Shown here: positions 10,657 through 20,375 of the stretch, piece after piece
Layout: every line of letters starts with the position of its first letter
How positions within the stretch are numbered: position 1 is the stretch's first letter
From: Acidobacteriota bacterium
Lineage (GTDB): Bacteria > Acidobacteriota > UBA6911 > RPQK01 > JAJDTT01
Assembly: GCA_965209055.1 (NCBI GenBank)
Contig: OZ242374.1
Coordinates: 4,672,001 to 4,736,000, forward strand
Reading direction: 5' to 3'
DNA: 64,000 nucleotides
Notes under the pieces: model-generated
What the model was told of the DNA's origin: nothing
Databases searched by the model: none
Seen by the model: only the letters and a program-made list of their open reading frames with translations
Made by a program: the position numbers and the translations under genes

Positions 10657-12361
10657 CCTCGCCCCAGAGGCGAGGGTCGGCCACACCTTCCCGCAGGCCG
10701 CTGACAGGGTCCACGCGGATGCAGTGGGCATCGCCGATCCGGCCGCGATAGACCACCTCGTGTCCCAATGACTCCAACTCGGCTTCGACCTCTCGGGACA
10801 AGGCGCCGGTTTCGGCCACGATCCGGTCGGGCATCCACTGGTGGTGGATCCGGGGTTCATCGACGGCCGCGTACAGATCCATCTCCTGGTCCAACACGTT
10901 GAGAATGATCTGCAGAACCGTGTTGATGATGGTGGGTCCGCCGGGACTCCCCAGAACCAGCAAGACCTTGCCGTCCTGCTTGACGAGGGTGGGCGTCATG
11001 GCGCTCAGCGGCCGCTTTCGGGGAGCGATGGCGTTGGCCTCGCCCTGGAGCAGCCCGAACATGTTGGGGACTCCCGGGCGGGAGGTGAAGTCGTCCATTT
11101 CGTTGTTCAGCAGGAATCCGGCTCCCTTGACGGTGGCGCCGGAACCGAAATTACCGTTGATGGTGGTGGTGATGGCCACCGCGCTCCCCGCGGGGTCCAC
11201 CACCGAGAGATGCGTGGTCTGCGGCGACTCCTCGGCAAACGGACCCGCGGCAACCTGGCTGCTCTCGGTAGCGGCCGTCTCGTCCAGATCCCCCAACCGT
11301 TCCCGGGCATGTTCCCGGGACAGGAGACGATCGACGGGCACCTCGGCGAAATCCGCGTCCCCCATGGTCGCGGCGCGGTCGGCGAAGGCACGGCGCATGA
11401 TTTCCGCCAGCAGATGGAGCCGCCCAGTGGTCTCCTGCCGGCGACCCGCCAACTCCAGCATGTTGAGCATCTCGATGAGGATCACGCCCCCGGAGCTGGG
11501 AGGACCCATGGACACGACTTCATAACCCCGGTAACGCCCCCGGACCGGAGGCCGGATCCGGGCCACGTAGTTGGCCAGGTCTTCCCGCGTCATGATCCCG
11601 CCGTGAGCCTCCATGTCCCGCTGGATCAGCTCGGCGATCTCGCCTCGGTAGAAGGCCTCGGCGCCGTTGCAGGCAACGGCCTCCAGCGTGCCCGCCAAGT
11701 CGGGCTGGGTGAAGGTCCGGCCGGGTGCGGGGGGACTTCCGCCAGGCAGAAAGATGCGCCGGGTCTCGTCGAACCGCTCCAGGAGGGGAGCGGCCGACTC
11801 CAGCGATCGGGCGAAGTGTTCTTCCACTACGAAGCCGTTCCGGGCCAGTTCGATGGCCGGCTCCAGCAACCGGCTCCAGGGAAGCGTCCCGAAACGGCTC
11901 CAGGCCAAGTGGAGCCCGGCCACGGAACCGGGAACCCCCGAGGCCAGGTAACCGACGGTGGACAACTCCGGAACCACCTCCCCCGCGGCGTCCAGGTACA
12001 TGTCGCGGCCGGCGCCGCCGGGGGCCATCTCGCGATAGTCCACGCTGATCTCCCGGCCGGTCTCGGCATCGTGGTAGAGCAGGAACCCCCCGCCTCCCAC
12101 ATTGCCGGCGATGGGGTGCACGACGGCGAGCGCGAAGCTCACGGCGACGGCGGCGTCGATGGCGTTCCCACCTTCGCGCATGACATCGACACCCGCCTGG
12201 CTGGCCAACGGACTGGAGCTGACCACCATCCCCCGGGAAGCGACGGTGGGGCCCGGAGCCGTCACCTCGGGACGGCAGGAGAGGAGACCCGTGGTGACGA
12301 ACAGGATCAGGACCCAGCCCGGCAGCCGGGGTGCAGATGCCGCACGGTGGAACGAAATCAT
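10643..12361 (-). CDS. ggt: Gamma-glutamyltransferase
   Basis: GGNAIDAAVA, autoprocessing site Q/TTHLSVVD, LLNNEMDDF, RPLSAMTPT, GSPGG. Confidence 0.96.
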   Translation of the reverse strand: MISFHRAASAPRLPGWVLILFVTTGLLSCRPEVTAPGPTVASRGMVVSSSPLASQAGVDVMREGGNAIDAAVAVSFALAVVHPIAGNVGGGGFLLYHDAETGREISVDYREMAPGGAGRDMYLDAAGEVVPELSTVGYLASGVPGSVAGLHLAWSRFGTLPWSRLLEPAIELARNGFVVEEHFARSLESAAPLLERFDETRRIFLPGGSPPAPGRTFTQPDLAGTLEAVACNGAEAFYRGEIAELIQRDMEAHGGIMTREDLANYVARIRPPVRGRYRGYEVVSMGPPSSGGVILIEMLNMLELAGRRQETTGRLHLLAEIMRRAFADRAATMGDADFAEVPVDRLLSREHARERLGDLDETAATESSQVAAGPFAEESPQTTHLSVVDPAGSAVAITTTINGNFGSGATVKGAGFLLNNEMDDFTSRPGVPNMFGLLQGEANAIAPRKRPLSAMTPTLVKQDGKVLLVLGSPGGPTIINTVLQIILNVLDQEMDLYAAVDEPRIHHQWMPDRIVAETGALSREVEAELESLGHEVVYRGRIGDAHCIRVDPVSGLREGVADPRLWGEARGF

Positions 12362-12423
12362 GGCGTGATTCCGGCTATTCGAGGTGACGTCCAAGAGTCA
12401 GCAGGCAGTAAGGGTTTCAGGCG

Positions 12424-13263
12424 TCAGGTGTTCCTGGACTGTGCGGAAGAAAGTTCCAGACGCACCACCTGATTCAGGGAGCCGGACCGAAAGCTCTGCA
12501 AATCCAGAGTGACGTACTGGTACCCCAGGGAGCGGAGCTTGCGGTTGATGTCGTCGAAAAGACCCGGATCCATCAGCTTGTGGCGTTCCGTCCGGTCGAC
12601 CTCGATCCGGGCCAGTTCCTCATGGTGACGCACGCGGAAGCTGACCACCCCCAGGCTCCGGATGTAGGCCTCGGCCGCATCGACCTGTTGCAGCTTCTCC
12701 TCGGTGATGGCGACGCCGTAGGGAAAGCGGGAGGAGAGGCACGGCATGGCCGGCAGGTCCCAGGTGGGGAGACCCCACTTGAGAGACCGGGACCGGATCT
12801 CATCCTTGCTCAGTCTCACGTCGATGAACGGACTCAGGACGCCCTGCTCCCGGGAGGCGCGCCGGCCGGGCCGATAGTCGCCGATGTCGTCCATGTTGGA
12901 GCCGTCCAGAATCGCTTCCGCATTCCATTCCTGCAGCAGTCTCTTCAGATGGACGTAGAGTTCGTCCTTGCAGAAGTAGCAGCGATTCGTGGGATTCCGG
13001 GCGTAGTCGGGATTGTCCATCTCCCGGGTCTCGATCAGCGTGTGATTCAACCGGTAGCGCCGGGCGAAGTCCAGGGCCAGCCTTCGCTGGTATCCGGAAA
13101 CCGAGGGCGACAGGGCCGTGACGGCCCGCGACTCGTTGCCCAATATCCGATGGGCGCAAAAGGCCAGGTAACTGCTGTCGACGCCGCCGCTGAACGCCAC
13201 GACGACTCGGCGATACCGTTCCAGGTACTGAAAGAGATTCTTTTCTTTCTTTTCGGGATCCAC
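12424..13263 (-). CDS. larE: ATP-dependent sulfur transferase LarE
   Basis: PP-loop AFSGGVDS, RCYFCK, DYRPG, PCLSSRFPYG, FRSGSLN. Confidence 0.92.
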   Translation of the reverse strand: MDPEKKEKNLFQYLERYRRVVVAFSGGVDSSYLAFCAHRILGNESRAVTALSPSVSGYQRRLALDFARRYRLNHTLIETREMDNPDYARNPTNRCYFCKDELYVHLKRLLQEWNAEAILDGSNMDDIGDYRPGRRASREQGVLSPFIDVRLSKDEIRSRSLKWGLPTWDLPAMPCLSSRFPYGVAITEEKLQQVDAAEAYIRSLGVVSFRVRHHEELARIEVDRTERHKLMDPGLFDDINRKLRSLGYQYVTLDLQSFRSGSLNQVVRLELSSAQSRNT

Positions 13264-13417
13264 TGCCGCGATTCTACCACCCGGAGCAGGCATGAGGAAT
13301 GAGGAGCCGATCCGGTCGGACTTGCGAACTCGTTAACGGCGCCGATTCCGGTCGGGAGGTTCCCCATATGTTAATATGAAGGCAATCCAACCGGCGTCCT
13401 CAAGCCTGGGAGAAACC

Positions 13418-14449
13418 ATGAAACTAACGCCAAGACTTCTGTTGCTGGCTGCTCTCCTCGTCATCGTTGGAACGGCGCCAACGGCGGCCCTGGCCGCGAG
13501 CCAGGGATCCGACCGCGAGTCCCGCCGGATCGAGGAGGAGCGGGACCGGCCCCAGGGCCGGGCCGCCCTGACGGTGGAGGTCGATCAGGTGCGGTTGGAC
13601 GTCACGGTCCGTGACCGCAAGGGAAACCTGATCCAGGGCCTTCAGCAGGAACACTTCGACGTCTATGAAAACAAGGTGAAGCAGAAGCTCACCCACTTCA
13701 GTCCCATCGAAGCTCCCATCACGGCCGTCCTCGTGACCGAATACAGTGCCGTCCTGCCCTGGGAGATGCTCTACGAAGCTTGGCTCGGGTCCCGGATCTT
13801 CGCGGAGAATATGCGAAAGGATGACTGGGTCGCAGTGGTCGCCTACGACCTGAAGCCCGAAATCCTGGTGGACTTCACCCAGGACAAATTCGAGGTCTAT
13901 CGGGCCCTGCAGCGCCTGAACTATCCCGGCTTCCGGGAGAGCAACCTCTACGACACCATCTTCGACGTCCTGGATCGAATCGAAGAGGCGGAAGGCAAGA
14001 CTGCCGTCGTGCTCCTCTCGACCGGGCTCGACACCTTCAGCCGAAAGAACATGGGAGAGGCCCTGGACAAGGTCAAGAGAACCAACGCGGTGATCTATCC
14101 CATCAGCATCGGCCAGAACCTGAGGCTCCGGTACGAAGACCGTTTTTCCACCACGACGAGGATGGACTTCTACCAGGCCGACGTGGTCTTGAAGGAGATG
14201 GCCAAGTACACCGGAGGAGAGGCGTTCTTTCCCCGCTTCGTGACCCAGTTCCCCAACATCTTCATGACCATCGCGAATCTGCTGCGGAACCAGTACTCCC
14301 TGGGCTATATCTCGACCAACACCAAGAAGGACGGGAAGCTGCGCCGGATCAAGGTGGAAGTGAAGGTGGACGTCAACGGGGACGGCAAGATCGACAAGCT
14401 CAAGGTCGCCCACCGGAGAGGCTACCTGGCTGAAAAAAGAGACAAGTAG
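13418..14449 (+). CDS. Secreted VWA domain protein with degenerate MIDAS
   Basis: VTVRDRKG, TEYSA at the MIDAS position, STGLDTFS, LRNQYSLGY, RRGY. Confidence 0.88.
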   Translation: MKLTPRLLLLAALLVIVGTAPTAALAASQGSDRESRRIEEERDRPQGRAALTVEVDQVRLDVTVRDRKGNLIQGLQQEHFDVYENKVKQKLTHFSPIEAPITAVLVTEYSAVLPWEMLYEAWLGSRIFAENMRKDDWVAVVAYDLKPEILVDFTQDKFEVYRALQRLNYPGFRESNLYDTIFDVLDRIEEAEGKTAVVLLSTGLDTFSRKNMGEALDKVKRTNAVIYPISIGQNLRLRYEDRFSTTTRMDFYQADVVLKEMAKYTGGEAFFPRFVTQFPNIFMTIANLLRNQYSLGYISTNTKKDGKLRRIKVEVKVDVNGDGKIDKLKVAHRRGYLAEKRDK

Positions 14450-14498
14450 ACGACGGAGCGGCCCCATCGTGCTGCTCCGGCGTACCTTCTCCCCCTCC

Positions 14499-15635
14499 TT
14501 ACTTCCCGCTCGCCACTCCCCGCCGTTCCTTTTGCCCGTCTCCGGCACGGCGTACGGGAATGCTCAACTGCTCCACCACATTCAGGTTGAAGCCCTCCAG
14601 GCCGACGATTTTCTTGGGGTGGTTGGTGAGCACCCGGATGTTGCGTAGACCAAGATCGGCCAGAATCTGGGCTCCGACGCCATAGTCCCGGAAATTGGCG
14701 GGATATTGGATCTCTCCGGTGATCTCCCGCAGCAGCCGGTCCTCCTTGTCGGTGTACCTCAGATAGACCAGGACTCCCCGGCCCTCGGCCTGGATCAACT
14801 CCAGGGCCTTCCGCAGTTCGCGTCCCGAGTCATGCTTCAATCCGGAAAAGACGTCTCCCAACAACAAAGCGGAGTGGACTCGAACCAGGACCGGTTCATC
14901 GGTGTTCACCCTGCCCTTGGTCAGGACCACGTGACGGTTCCCGTCCAGCTCATTTTCATACAGGACCAGTTGGAACCGGCCCTGCTCGCACTCGAAAGGA
15001 ATCTCCTGGATTCGTTTGACGAACCGTTCGGTCCGGAGCCTGAACTTCATCAGGTCGACGACCGATACGATCTTGATGCCGTGCCGCGCGGCGAAACGCT
15101 GGAGGTCGGGCAACCGCGCCATGGTGCCGTCCTCGTTCATGATCTCGCAGATGACGCCGGCCGGGTCGAGGCCGGCGATCCGGGCCAGATCCACGGCCGC
15201 TTCGGTCTGGCCAGCCCGTTCCAGGACGCCTCCGGGCCGGGCCCGGAGCGGGAAGACGTGCCCCGGCCGGATCAAGTCTTCCGGACGTGTTCTGGGGTCG
15301 ATGGCGGTCAGAATGGTGGTGGCCCGGTCCGCGGCCGAGATTCCCGTGGAGACGTTCCGGCGGCCCTCGATGCTGACGCAGAAGGCGGTCTCGTACATCG
15401 ACTCGTTCCTGGAGACCATGAGAGGGATCTCCAGCCGATCCAGCCGTTCTGGAGTCATGGGCATGCAGATCAGGCCGCGGCCGTGAGTGGCCATGAAGTT
15501 GATGCTCTCCGGCGTCACCCTTTCGGCCGCCATGGTCAAGTCACCTTCGTTCTCGCGGTCCTCCTCGTCCACCACGATGATCATCTTGCCGTCGTGGATG
15601 TCCTCGATGGCGTTCTCGATGGAATCCAGGCTCAT
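14499..15635 (-). CDS. ribB: DHBP synthase fused to a degenerate GTP cyclohydrolase II domain (RibBA/RibBX-type)
   Basis: [41 protein letters not shown]; C-terminal domain lacks the Zn-binding cysteines. Confidence 0.92.
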   Translation of the reverse strand: MSLDSIENAIEDIHDGKMIIVVDEEDRENEGDLTMAAERVTPESINFMATHGRGLICMPMTPERLDRLEIPLMVSRNESMYETAFCVSIEGRRNVSTGISAADRATTILTAIDPRTRPEDLIRPGHVFPLRARPGGVLERAGQTEAAVDLARIAGLDPAGVICEIMNEDGTMARLPDLQRFAARHGIKIVSVVDLMKFRLRTERFVKRIQEIPFECEQGRFQLVLYENELDGNRHVVLTKGRVNTDEPVLVRVHSALLLGDVFSGLKHDSGRELRKALELIQAEGRGVLVYLRYTDKEDRLLREITGEIQYPANFRDYGVGAQILADLGLRNIRVLTNHPKKIVGLEGFNLNVVEQLSIPVRRAGDGQKERRGVASGK

Positions 15636-15663
15636 GTCTGAAGACTGCTCCTAAAATTCTTCC

Positions 15664-16293
15664 TTACTTCACCGGCGGGAGCCGGCGAAGCCAACGCAGC
15701 GAAACCTGAGACCGGGTCTGAAAACTGACCAGGGCGAGACGATACTTGCGTTCCGTGTATTCCAGAAGGACGGGATTGTCCGGGTCCTTCAACAACACCC
15801 ATTCGGCGCCCCGATCATCCTCCGCCCGTATGACGGCGACCTCGTGCGGGCGCCGATTCACACTGAGCCGGAAACGATCGTCCTCCAGCAATTCGAGCTT
15901 GCGGGGAAAGCGGTTCACCTTGATTCGCGTCCTGCCCTTGGACACGAGCTCTCCATAGGTCTTCCGCGAAAACCAGATCGTCATGACCTTCTTGGACTCC
16001 TTTTCCACACCCGGTTCGAAGAGTCCGAAGAGGCTGAAACTGGTCCCGTTGAGCACGGAGTTGCGAAAGAGATGGAGGGTCCCCTGATTGGCGAAGGACT
16101 CCCACTCCAGGACCACGTCGGGACCGAAACGCGCCAACCGCAGGATCCACTCCCGTTCCACGGGGCCCGAATAGCTCTTGTAGATGAGAACCGAGTTGGG
16201 CCCCACCTCCAAGGATCCGGCGCCGGCCCCCGTCGAGCTAGCCGGAATAATCAGCAGGCTGCCCAGTATGGTGACGAACGTGTGTTTCCACAT
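15664..16293 (-). CDS. Exported hypothetical protein within the rib cluster
   Basis: Signal-peptide-like N-terminus; lies between riboflavin synthase and ribB on the same strand. Confidence 0.65.
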   Translation of the reverse strand: MWKHTFVTILGSLLIIPASSTGAGAGSLEVGPNSVLIYKSYSGPVEREWILRLARFGPDVVLEWESFANQGTLHLFRNSVLNGTSFSLFGLFEPGVEKESKKVMTIWFSRKTYGELVSKGRTRIKVNRFPRKLELLEDDRFRLSVNRRPHEVAVIRAEDDRGAEWVLLKDPDNPVLLEYTERKYRLALVSFQTRSQVSLRWLRRLPPVK

Positions 16294-16858
16294 ACTTGCT
16301 GATCAGATCCGCTTCCAGGTTCACTCGATCCCCGACCGCCATCGTCCCGAAGTTGGTGACCGCCATGGTGTGGGGAATGATTGTGGCCTCAAAGCCCTTG
16401 GAATTCAACGCCGACAGCGTCAGGCTCACGCCGTTGACGGCAATGCTTCCCTTGAAAGTACAGTAGCGCAACACTTCCGGCGGCGCTTCGATCCGGAAGA
16501 TCCACGAGTTCCCTTCGGGCAGCTTGGAGACCAGGCGTCCGGGCGCGTCCACATGTCCCTGCACCAGATGGCCCCCCAGGAAATCGGAAAGCTTCGCCGC
16601 CGGCTCCAGGTTCAGTGGATCTCCGGTTCGCTTGTCCGAAAGATTGGTCCGGAGCAGGGTTTCGGGTGTCGCCTCCACCTGGAAGGCCTGCCCGTTCATG
16701 CGAAATACGGTGAGGCACACGCCGTCCACGCTGATGCTGTGACCGATCTCCAGCTCCCCGAGGAGCCCGGGGCTGCATTGCAGGGTCAGCCTCGCCCCCC
16801 AAGGCCCCATCTCCTGCTCCCTGATCAGGGCCGTCTCCCGCACGATTCCGGTGAACAT
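16238..16858 (-). CDS. ribE: Riboflavin synthase (alpha chain)
   Basis: MFTGIV, GVCLTV, GGHLVQGHVD, KGSIAVNGVSLT, VNLEAD. Confidence 0.96.
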   Translation of the reverse strand: MFTGIVRETALIREQEMGPWGARLTLQCSPGLLGELEIGHSISVDGVCLTVFRMNGQAFQVEATPETLLRTNLSDKRTGDPLNLEPAAKLSDFLGGHLVQGHVDAPGRLVSKLPEGNSWIFRIEAPPEVLRYCTFKGSIAVNGVSLTLSALNSKGFEATIIPHTMAVTNFGTMAVGDRVNLEADLISKYVETHVRHHTGQPADYSG

Positions 16859-16865
16859 GCGATTT

Positions 16866-17639
16866 CTAACCTCGCTTCACGGCCTGCCGCCTGGCCAGTT
16901 TACTACGACGGGGGCTGACACCCTTCCGGCGCGCCGCTCGATTCCCCCGCTTGAGCCGGCGGACCTCCCAATCCGCAAGTTCCCGGTATTGCCCCGGCGC
17001 CAGTCGTCCCAGCCTCAACGGGCCGATGGCGACCCGTCTCAGCTTCATGACCAGGTGGCCGACGACCCCGAACATGATCCGCAGCTGCCGGTTCCTGCCC
17101 TGCACCAGAACCACTTCGTACCAGGGGTTGTTCCCCGGCTCCAGCAATCGGATGCGGTGGACCGCCATCCGTTTACCCTTGGCGCGAATCCCGCGCTGGA
17201 GGCGCCGGAGCGCGGCCGGCGACGGGGACCGCGCCACCTTGACGTGGTAGACCTTCTCCAGTCCACCGGCACGGGTGACGTTTCGGACCAGGTCCCCGTC
17301 ATTGGTGAGCAGCATCAGGCCCTCGCTTTGAAAGTCCAACCGGCCCGCGGGAACCAACCGGACCCGGGAGGGGACCAACCTGGTGACGACGGGCCGGCCA
17401 CGGGGATCGGAGACGGCGCTCAGGACGCCGCGCGGCTTGTTCACGATGTAGTATTCGGTCTTCTCCGGACGCAGCAGGACACCGTCGATCCGCACCTCGT
17501 CCCGGGCCGGATCCGCCCGCGTTCCCAGCCGGTTGACCACTCTTCCGTTGACCGTGACTCGGCCCTGGAGGATGAGCTCCTCCGACTTCCGCCGGGAAGC
17601 CAGGCCGGCGTGGGCCATGATCTTCTGCAGACGCCACAT
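16866..17639 (-). CDS. rluB: rRNA pseudouridine synthase (RluB/RsuA family)
   Basis: S4 domain RLQKIMAHAGLASRR, GRLDFQSEGL, GRNRQLR; downstream of scpAB. Confidence 0.88.
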   Translation of the reverse strand: MWRLQKIMAHAGLASRRKSEELILQGRVTVNGRVVNRLGTRADPARDEVRIDGVLLRPEKTEYYIVNKPRGVLSAVSDPRGRPVVTRLVPSRVRLVPAGRLDFQSEGLMLLTNDGDLVRNVTRAGGLEKVYHVKVARSPSPAALRRLQRGIRAKGKRMAVHRIRLLEPGNNPWYEVVLVQGRNRQLRIMFGVVGHLVMKLRRVAIGPLRLGRLAPGQYRELADWEVRRLKRGNRAARRKGVSPRRSKLARRQAVKRG

Positions 17640-17664
17640 CGTTCCGGGTAAATCTTACGCGCCA

Positions 17665-17926
17665 GGAGGGGGAATTTCCCTGTCCCCCCGTCTTTCTGCT
17701 CCCCTTTCCTTCGACAGTTCCTCGCCCGGCCCGCTGTCGCATTGGAGTTCGGCGGTAGGAAAACCGCCGCTCCTGCCGGAGGGGCGATTTCCAATCGCCC
17801 GGTTTCCCTCGCTCGCGGTCGTCCAAAGAATCGGCGGTTAGGAAACCGCCGCTCCGGCCGGAAGGGCGATTTCCTAATCACCTGGTCCGGCAACTCAAGA
17901 ATCGGCGGCTGGGAAACCGCCGCTCC
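17665..17926. repeat. BIME-like array of three inverted REP-like doublets
   Basis: Arms at 17665-17689, 17750-17773, 17778-17800, 17832-17855, 17860-17882, 17903-17926; each is GGA(G/A) + 8-9 bp stem + TCC loop, alternating orientation. Confidence 0.85.
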
Positions 17927-17935
17927 GGGAATCTT

Positions 17936-18469
17936 CTAACTGGAAAGAATCTCCTCTAACTCGGCGAGAGTCGGAAGCTCGCTCAGGTCGTTGAGGCCGA
18001 AGTGGACCAGGAATTGCCGTCCGATGCCGTACAGGATCGGGCGTCCCACCGTCTTCTTGCGGCCCTGAGCCTCGATGAGCTTCTTCTCCAGCAGGGTCCG
18101 AATCGTCGAGGTTCCCTTCACCCCCCGGATCTCGGCGATCTCGGGCATGGTCACCGGCTGCTTGTAGGCAATGACCGCCAGCGTCTCCAGTGCGGCCAGC
18201 GAGAGCCGCGCCGAAGGCCGGCTCTTCAGATACCGGCGGATGGTCTCGTGGTGCCGGGCATGACTGTTCATCCGGTAGCCTCCGGCGACCTGCCGGATCT
18301 CCACCGAGTCCTGAACCGTGTTGAACTCTTTCGCCACCTCCCTCACGAGCCTGGAAAGGTCCTGGGAGGAAGTCTCCGGAAAGACCTGGTGGAGTTGAGG
18401 GATGGATACGGGTTCCTTGGCGACGAAGAGAACCGCCAGGATCTGTGAAGCGAGCGGATTCTTCAACAT
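17936..18469 (-). CDS. scpB: SMC-Scp complex subunit ScpB
   Basis: LSLAALETLAVIAYKQPVT, EIRGV, GRPILYG, FGLNDLSELP. Confidence 0.96.
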   Translation of the reverse strand: MLKNPLASQILAVLFVAKEPVSIPQLHQVFPETSSQDLSRLVREVAKEFNTVQDSVEIRQVAGGYRMNSHARHHETIRRYLKSRPSARLSLAALETLAVIAYKQPVTMPEIAEIRGVKGTSTIRTLLEKKLIEAQGRKKTVGRPILYGIGRQFLVHFGLNDLSELPTLAELEEILSS

Positions 18470-19176
18470 GCCACGATTCGAATGTCCTGAAAGGCGCCCT
18501 TCTGGAAGAGCCGAATCTCACCCAGCCGGACCAGTTCCAGGAGCGCCATGAGGGCAACCACCAGGTGGCGCCGGGAAATGCCCCGCTTGAAGAAGAGTGA
18601 GAAGAAGAACTCGCCCTCCAACTGGAGGAGCCGGCGAATCTCGTCGATCTTGCCGTCCAGCGTCACGTCGTCCCGATCGATCTCCACCAGGATCCGGTCC
18701 TTGTACCGGTTCACGATCCGGTGAAACGCCCGGACCACGTCGAAGAGATCGACCACGACCATCTCCTTTTCTTCCTCCGCGAACTCGTTCGTTCCCCGGG
18801 TCCAGGAGGACTGCTCCAGGATCTCCTTTTCGTGGAGCAGGTGGGCCGCCTTCTTGAACTGTTCGTATTGGAGCAGATCCCGGACCAGTTCCTCCCTGGG
18901 ATCTTCCTCCGGTTCCGGCTCGGACAAGTCGTCTTCGGGTAGGAGCATTCTGGACTTGATGTGGATCAGCGTGGCCGCCATGACCAGGTATTCACCGGCC
19001 ACGGTCATGTTCAGATCCCGCATCAACTGCAGGTAGTCCAGGTATTGCCGGGTCACCCGGGCGATGGGAATGTCCCGGATGTCCAGTTCCTGGGTCCGGA
19101 TCAGGTGGAGCAGCAGATCCAGCGGGCCCTCGAAAACATCGAGCTGAACCTGGCAAGTCTCCGTCTCGGTCACCAT
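18463..19176 (-). CDS. scpA: Segregation and condensation protein A
   Basis: FEGPLDLLLHLI, YLVMAATLIHIKSRMLLP, ALLELVR. Confidence 0.96.
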   Translation of the reverse strand: MVTETETCQVQLDVFEGPLDLLLHLIRTQELDIRDIPIARVTRQYLDYLQLMRDLNMTVAGEYLVMAATLIHIKSRMLLPEDDLSEPEPEEDPREELVRDLLQYEQFKKAAHLLHEKEILEQSSWTRGTNEFAEEEKEMVVVDLFDVVRAFHRIVNRYKDRILVEIDRDDVTLDGKIDEIRRLLQLEGEFFFSLFFKRGISRRHLVVALMALLELVRLGEIRLFQKGAFQDIRIVAC

Positions 19177-20177
19177 TGCGAACGCCGGTCGTAATTTATA
19201 TTCATGGCCTGACGCACCTCCCCCAAGGTCTCCCGGGCGCGGCCCCGAACTCGCCGGCTGCCCTCCACCAGGATCTCCTTCACCTTCTCCCGGTCTTTCT
19301 CCAATTCGACGCGCTTCTGGTGCAAGGGCTCCACGACCGGGATCATTCCCTGAAGCAGCCGGCGCTTGCAGTCGATGCAGCCGATCTTCGCCGTCCGGCA
19401 CCCCTGCGCCGCCCACTCCTGTCCCTCGGGCGGCGTGAAGACCTTGTGGTGGTCGAAGACCGGACACACCTCAGGGTCGCCCGGGTCGGTCCGGCGCACC
19501 CGCGCCGGGTCGGTGACCATGGTCATGACCTTGCGGCGAATCTTGCCCGGGTCCTCCGACAACTGGATCACGTTGCCGTAGCTCTTGCTCATCTTCCGGC
19601 CATCGGTGCCCGGCAGCCGCGGCGTGGTGGTGAGTTTGGCCTGGGGTTCGGGAAAGACGCGGCCGAAGAAGTGGTTGAAGCGCCGGGCGATCTCCCGCAC
19701 CAGCTCCAGGTGGGAAACCTGATCCTCGCCCACGGGCACGACTTCTCCCTTGTAGATCATGATGTCGGCCGCCTGCAGAACCGGATATCCCAGGAAGCCG
19801 TAGTTGGAGAGGTCCTTCTCCCGCAACTGCATGACCTGCTCCTTGTAGGTGGGAACCCGCTCCAGCCAGGGCACGGGAACCACCATGGACAAGAGCAGAT
19901 GGAGCTCGGCATGCTCCGGCACCAGGGACTGGATCATCAGGACCGATTTTTCAGGATCGAGCCCGGCCGCGATCCAGTCGATGGCGATTTCGATCACGTT
20001 GTCCTGGACCGCGCGGGTGTCCTGGTACTCGGAGGTCAACGCGTGCCAATCCACGATCCCGTAGATGCAGTCGTACTCCTCCTGCATGCCGACCCAGTTG
20101 TCCAGGGCGCCGATGAGGTGTCCCAGGTGCAACCGTCCCGTCGGCCTCATGCCGCTGAAAACCCGTTTCTTGGTCAC
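19170..20177 (-). CDS. trpS: Tryptophan--tRNA ligase
   Basis: SGMRPTGRLHLGH, YPVLQAADI, VPVGEDQ, KMSKSYGN; GGAGG RBS before GTG. Confidence 0.97.
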   Translation of the reverse strand: MTKKRVFSGMRPTGRLHLGHLIGALDNWVGMQEEYDCIYGIVDWHALTSEYQDTRAVQDNVIEIAIDWIAAGLDPEKSVLMIQSLVPEHAELHLLLSMVVPVPWLERVPTYKEQVMQLREKDLSNYGFLGYPVLQAADIMIYKGEVVPVGEDQVSHLELVREIARRFNHFFGRVFPEPQAKLTTTPRLPGTDGRKMSKSYGNVIQLSEDPGKIRRKVMTMVTDPARVRRTDPGDPEVCPVFDHHKVFTPPEGQEWAAQGCRTAKIGCIDCKRRLLQGMIPVVEPLHQKRVELEKDREKVKEILVEGSRRVRGRARETLGEVRQAMNINYDRRSQW

Positions 20178-20278
20178 GTTTTCGGCCTCCCTATCGCCGC
20201 GGCCGCCGTCCGTCTTCGAAAGCGACGCCCATGATTTACCAGATACCCCCGTCTCGCAACCGGGGGAAAGGCGACTCC

Positions 20279-20359
20279 GGAGCGGCGACATTCTTGTCGC
20301 CGGCTGGGCCAGGCGACGTTCCGGTCGCCTCTCGTCGGCGACAGGAACGTCGCGGCTCC
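20279..20359. repeat. REP-like inverted doublet with a central third hairpin
   Basis: GGAGCGGCGACATTCTTGTCGCCG ... CGGCGACAGGAACGTCGCGGCTCC; central AGGCGACGTTCCGGTCGCCT. Confidence 0.75.
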
Positions 20360-20375
20360 ACTATAATGGCCCCCC

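Noticed and set aside
17665-17926. CRISPR array
   Set aside because: Units alternate in orientation, vary in sequence and spacing, and no cas genes are present.
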